Assembly (NCBI GenBank): GCA_977020255.1
Contig: CDROCS010001806.1
Span: forward strand, 372,001-436,000
DNA from: Obrimoposthia wandeli
Lineage: Eukaryota
Direction of reading: 5' to 3'
Length of the DNA stretch: 64,000 bases
Part shown: in pieces, positions 61,561 to 64,000 of the stretch
How positions within the stretch are numbered: position 1 is the stretch's first letter
How the letters are laid out: every line of letters starts with the position of its first letter
The notes under the pieces: generated by a model
Databases searched by the model: none
Seen by the model: the letters and a program-made list of their open reading frames with translations, nothing else
Told to the model about the DNA's origin: nothing
Program-made: the position numbers and the translations under genes

Positions 61561-62563
61561 TTGGCCAGAACTTGGTTGGACCTTCGAAGCTTGACCTTTA
61601 AGGGTTCAAAACCTTCAAAAATTTTATTTTTCTACTTTTCAAAGTTATATATAATAGCGTTGATCTGACTTTGATTAGACCTTCGAGGGTGCAACTTCAA
61701 GGGTCAAAAACCTTCAAAAATTTATTTTTTCCAAAAAACTTTTGTTTAAATTTTTAAAATTTTTTGGCGTTCAAATTAAAAAGTTTTTAAATCACTTGTA
61801 CATCATTTTCACCAAAAATTTTTGTTCATGAAATATTTAGTTGTTGTTTTTTTTAATAGAAATTTAATGACTTTATATGATATTTTTAATATGATTTATT
61901 GATACATTTTATTAATTAAAATTGATTTGATATTGATTTAGAGTATTTTAATGTATTTATAGGATATTTTGTATATGATTTATTAACATTGATTTGATAT
62001 AAAAGATTTTTACTGTATTTGTCTTATAGGATATTTGTTGTGTTTTACTAGGGGTTTAACAGATTTACATGTATTTATTGATTAACTTAATGTATTTTAT
62101 ATCATATTTGAGTTATTTGATGTGTTTTACTTGGGTTTAACATATTTACATGTATTTATTGATTAACTTGATATTTGATGTGTGTTTTACAATGAATATA
62201 CAGATATTTGATGTATTTGATTAATTATCATGGATTTGGTATAATTGAGTCGATTTATGATTCATGAATTCAGTAGAATGAAAGGATTTCAATATATTTA
62301 CAAGTTCTCATTCATGACTTGTCACTGATAAGTATTTTCATTGATTTTCATAAGTATTTTCATTGATTTTCATAAGTATTAGGATATGAGATTACTAGTT
62401 ATGCAATTACATGAGAATAATTAGTACTATACGTTATTCTCACATATACTGATATATCGATTCTTGATGTAGAGTGTTCTTAACATGTGTTAAGTTTAAT
62501 TAATTAAAAGTTAATTAAAAAGTGCATTCGGGGCACATTTTTAGAATCATTTTATTTTGGTCA

Positions 62564-62615
62564 GTTCCCGACCGGATTATCACCGGTTTCGCCCTGCCGG
62601 GCTCATCAGGGGAAC
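62564..62615 (-). ncRNA. Type I hammerhead ribozyme
   Basis: Minus strand reads GUUCCC CUGAUGA GCCC GGCA GGGC GAAA CCGG UGAUAAU CCGG UC GGGAAC. Complete core, stems I/II/III all Watson-Crick, GUC cleavage triplet (cut after 62570). Confidence 0.92.
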
Positions 62616-63143
62616 GGCAGGTTATCTCTGACTTCGCGGTAGTTATTTCCGCGAAGCCAGAGATAAAAGTGACAGAAGAATGTCACTGTTTGGGATTCGG
62701 TCGCAGATCGACTGGACTAATTTGATTCAGTTCGATCTGCGATCGAGACAAATTTAGCCATATTTAGATGGCATTACAGATCGACTGGACTCTTGGTTAT
62801 TTCCTCTCTGCCCAGTTCCAATTGCCTGGAGATGCTGCCATTTCTCTCCCTCTATGCGTGGCTGTGTCGGGATGCATCTCCCCACAACCGCAGCTATCTC
62901 CCTCTGCTGTCAGTCTGTTGCTGCCACTGCTACTGCGACTAATGTATCTCTTCCCCTTTCTGGCACATACTGGTGACTAGTCAGATCATCTGCAGTGCAG
63001 CTGCACTTACTGGTCCCAGCCAATCTTCCTCGTCTACAGCTGACATTCACAACGACAGCAGCAGCGTTGGAAATCGACCATTTGATCGGTTGCTATAAAT
63101 AGCAACATAGATGAAATTTGTATCTCAATAATCTTACAAGTTA

Positions 63144-63311
63144 TATCTTACAATTTATTTTATTTGTGGAAGAAACAATATCTTACAATTTATTTTATTT
63201 GTGGAAGAAACAATATCTTACAATTTATTTTATTTGTGGAAGAAACAATATCTTACAATTTATTTTATTTGTGGAAGAAACAATATCTTACAATTTATTT
63301 TATTAGTGGAA
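63144..63311. repeat. 35-bp minisatellite, ~5 copies
   Basis: ATATCTTACAATTTATTTTATTTGTGGAAGAAACA repeated without spacers. Confidence 0.95.
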
Positions 63312-63399
63312 GAATATATGCTCATTATTTATTTATTCTAGACAATTGTAGGATACTAATTAATCATTTAGAATTTTGAACACATGCATATGTTTTCAA

Positions 63400-63860
63400 A
63401 TACTTGCACAATTAGAACACACACACATATATCTTTACATACATTTATGTCTAAATATATACATGCACCAACTCTCCTTGTTCTCGTCATCCGATTAGAA
63501 GCTTGTAATATTTTGTAAATACTTACATCAATCAATCAAATCATGTACATTTATTTATGTTCAAATATATATGTTCAGCAACTCTCCTTGTTCTTGTCAT
63601 CCAACTAGAAACTTGTAATATTTTGTAAATACTTGCACAATCAGACCACATCTTTACATAAATTTATGTCAAAATATAGACATGTTCACCAACTCTCCTT
63701 GTTCTTGTCATCCAATACGAAACTTGCATATAATTGCGTCAACCAAATCAGAACATGCACATATTCACATACATGCATGTCCTAATATAGACGTGTTCAC
63801 CAACTCTCCTTGTTCTTTCAAACAAATTAGAAACTTGTGAATTTTCTGTAAAACATTGAA
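63400..63860. repeat. ~110-bp tandem repeat, ~4 copies
   Basis: CAACTCTCCTTGTTCT..TCATCC..TTAGAA.CTTGT recurring near 63468, 63579, 63689 and 63800. Confidence 0.85.
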
Positions 63861-64000
63861 AGAGCTTTCACAGATCCCATCAAATATTAGTTGTTCATAT
63901 ATTGAGCATGGGAAAAATTGTGCTTATAAAACTTTTTGTTGTTGTTACTATAAGTAAAATGGAATAAATATATTATTTAAAAAAGTTACATAGTAAATTC

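Overview
AT-rich eukaryotic (probably invertebrate) DNA dominated by Polinton/Maverick (adintovirus-like) elements. Element A (<1 to ~7260, minus strand) looks largely intact. It runs off the left edge and into an N gap, and encodes major capsid, PZ-like core protein, minor capsid, chromodomain integrase, a small amphipathic-peptide protein, a Lys-rich protein, packaging ATPase, an IAP (BIR+RING) and a spliced minimal two-repeat TBP-like protein. Element B (~24980-38876) is a decayed, divergent relative bounded by inverted repeats. It has the same TBP-like gene with an intron at the same position, plus several intron-containing accessory genes, one with repeated SUMO-interaction-like motifs. 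At least three more Polinton remnants, Ty3/gypsy, LINE and hAT/piggyBac-like fragments, MITEs and minisatellites are present. There are two host genes on the minus strand (a stomatin/SPFH protein and a large low-complexity protein) and a canonical hammerhead ribozyme at 62564-62615 (-). All calls come from manual translation and motif recognition; no database search or folding program was run, and boundaries of decayed elements are approximate.
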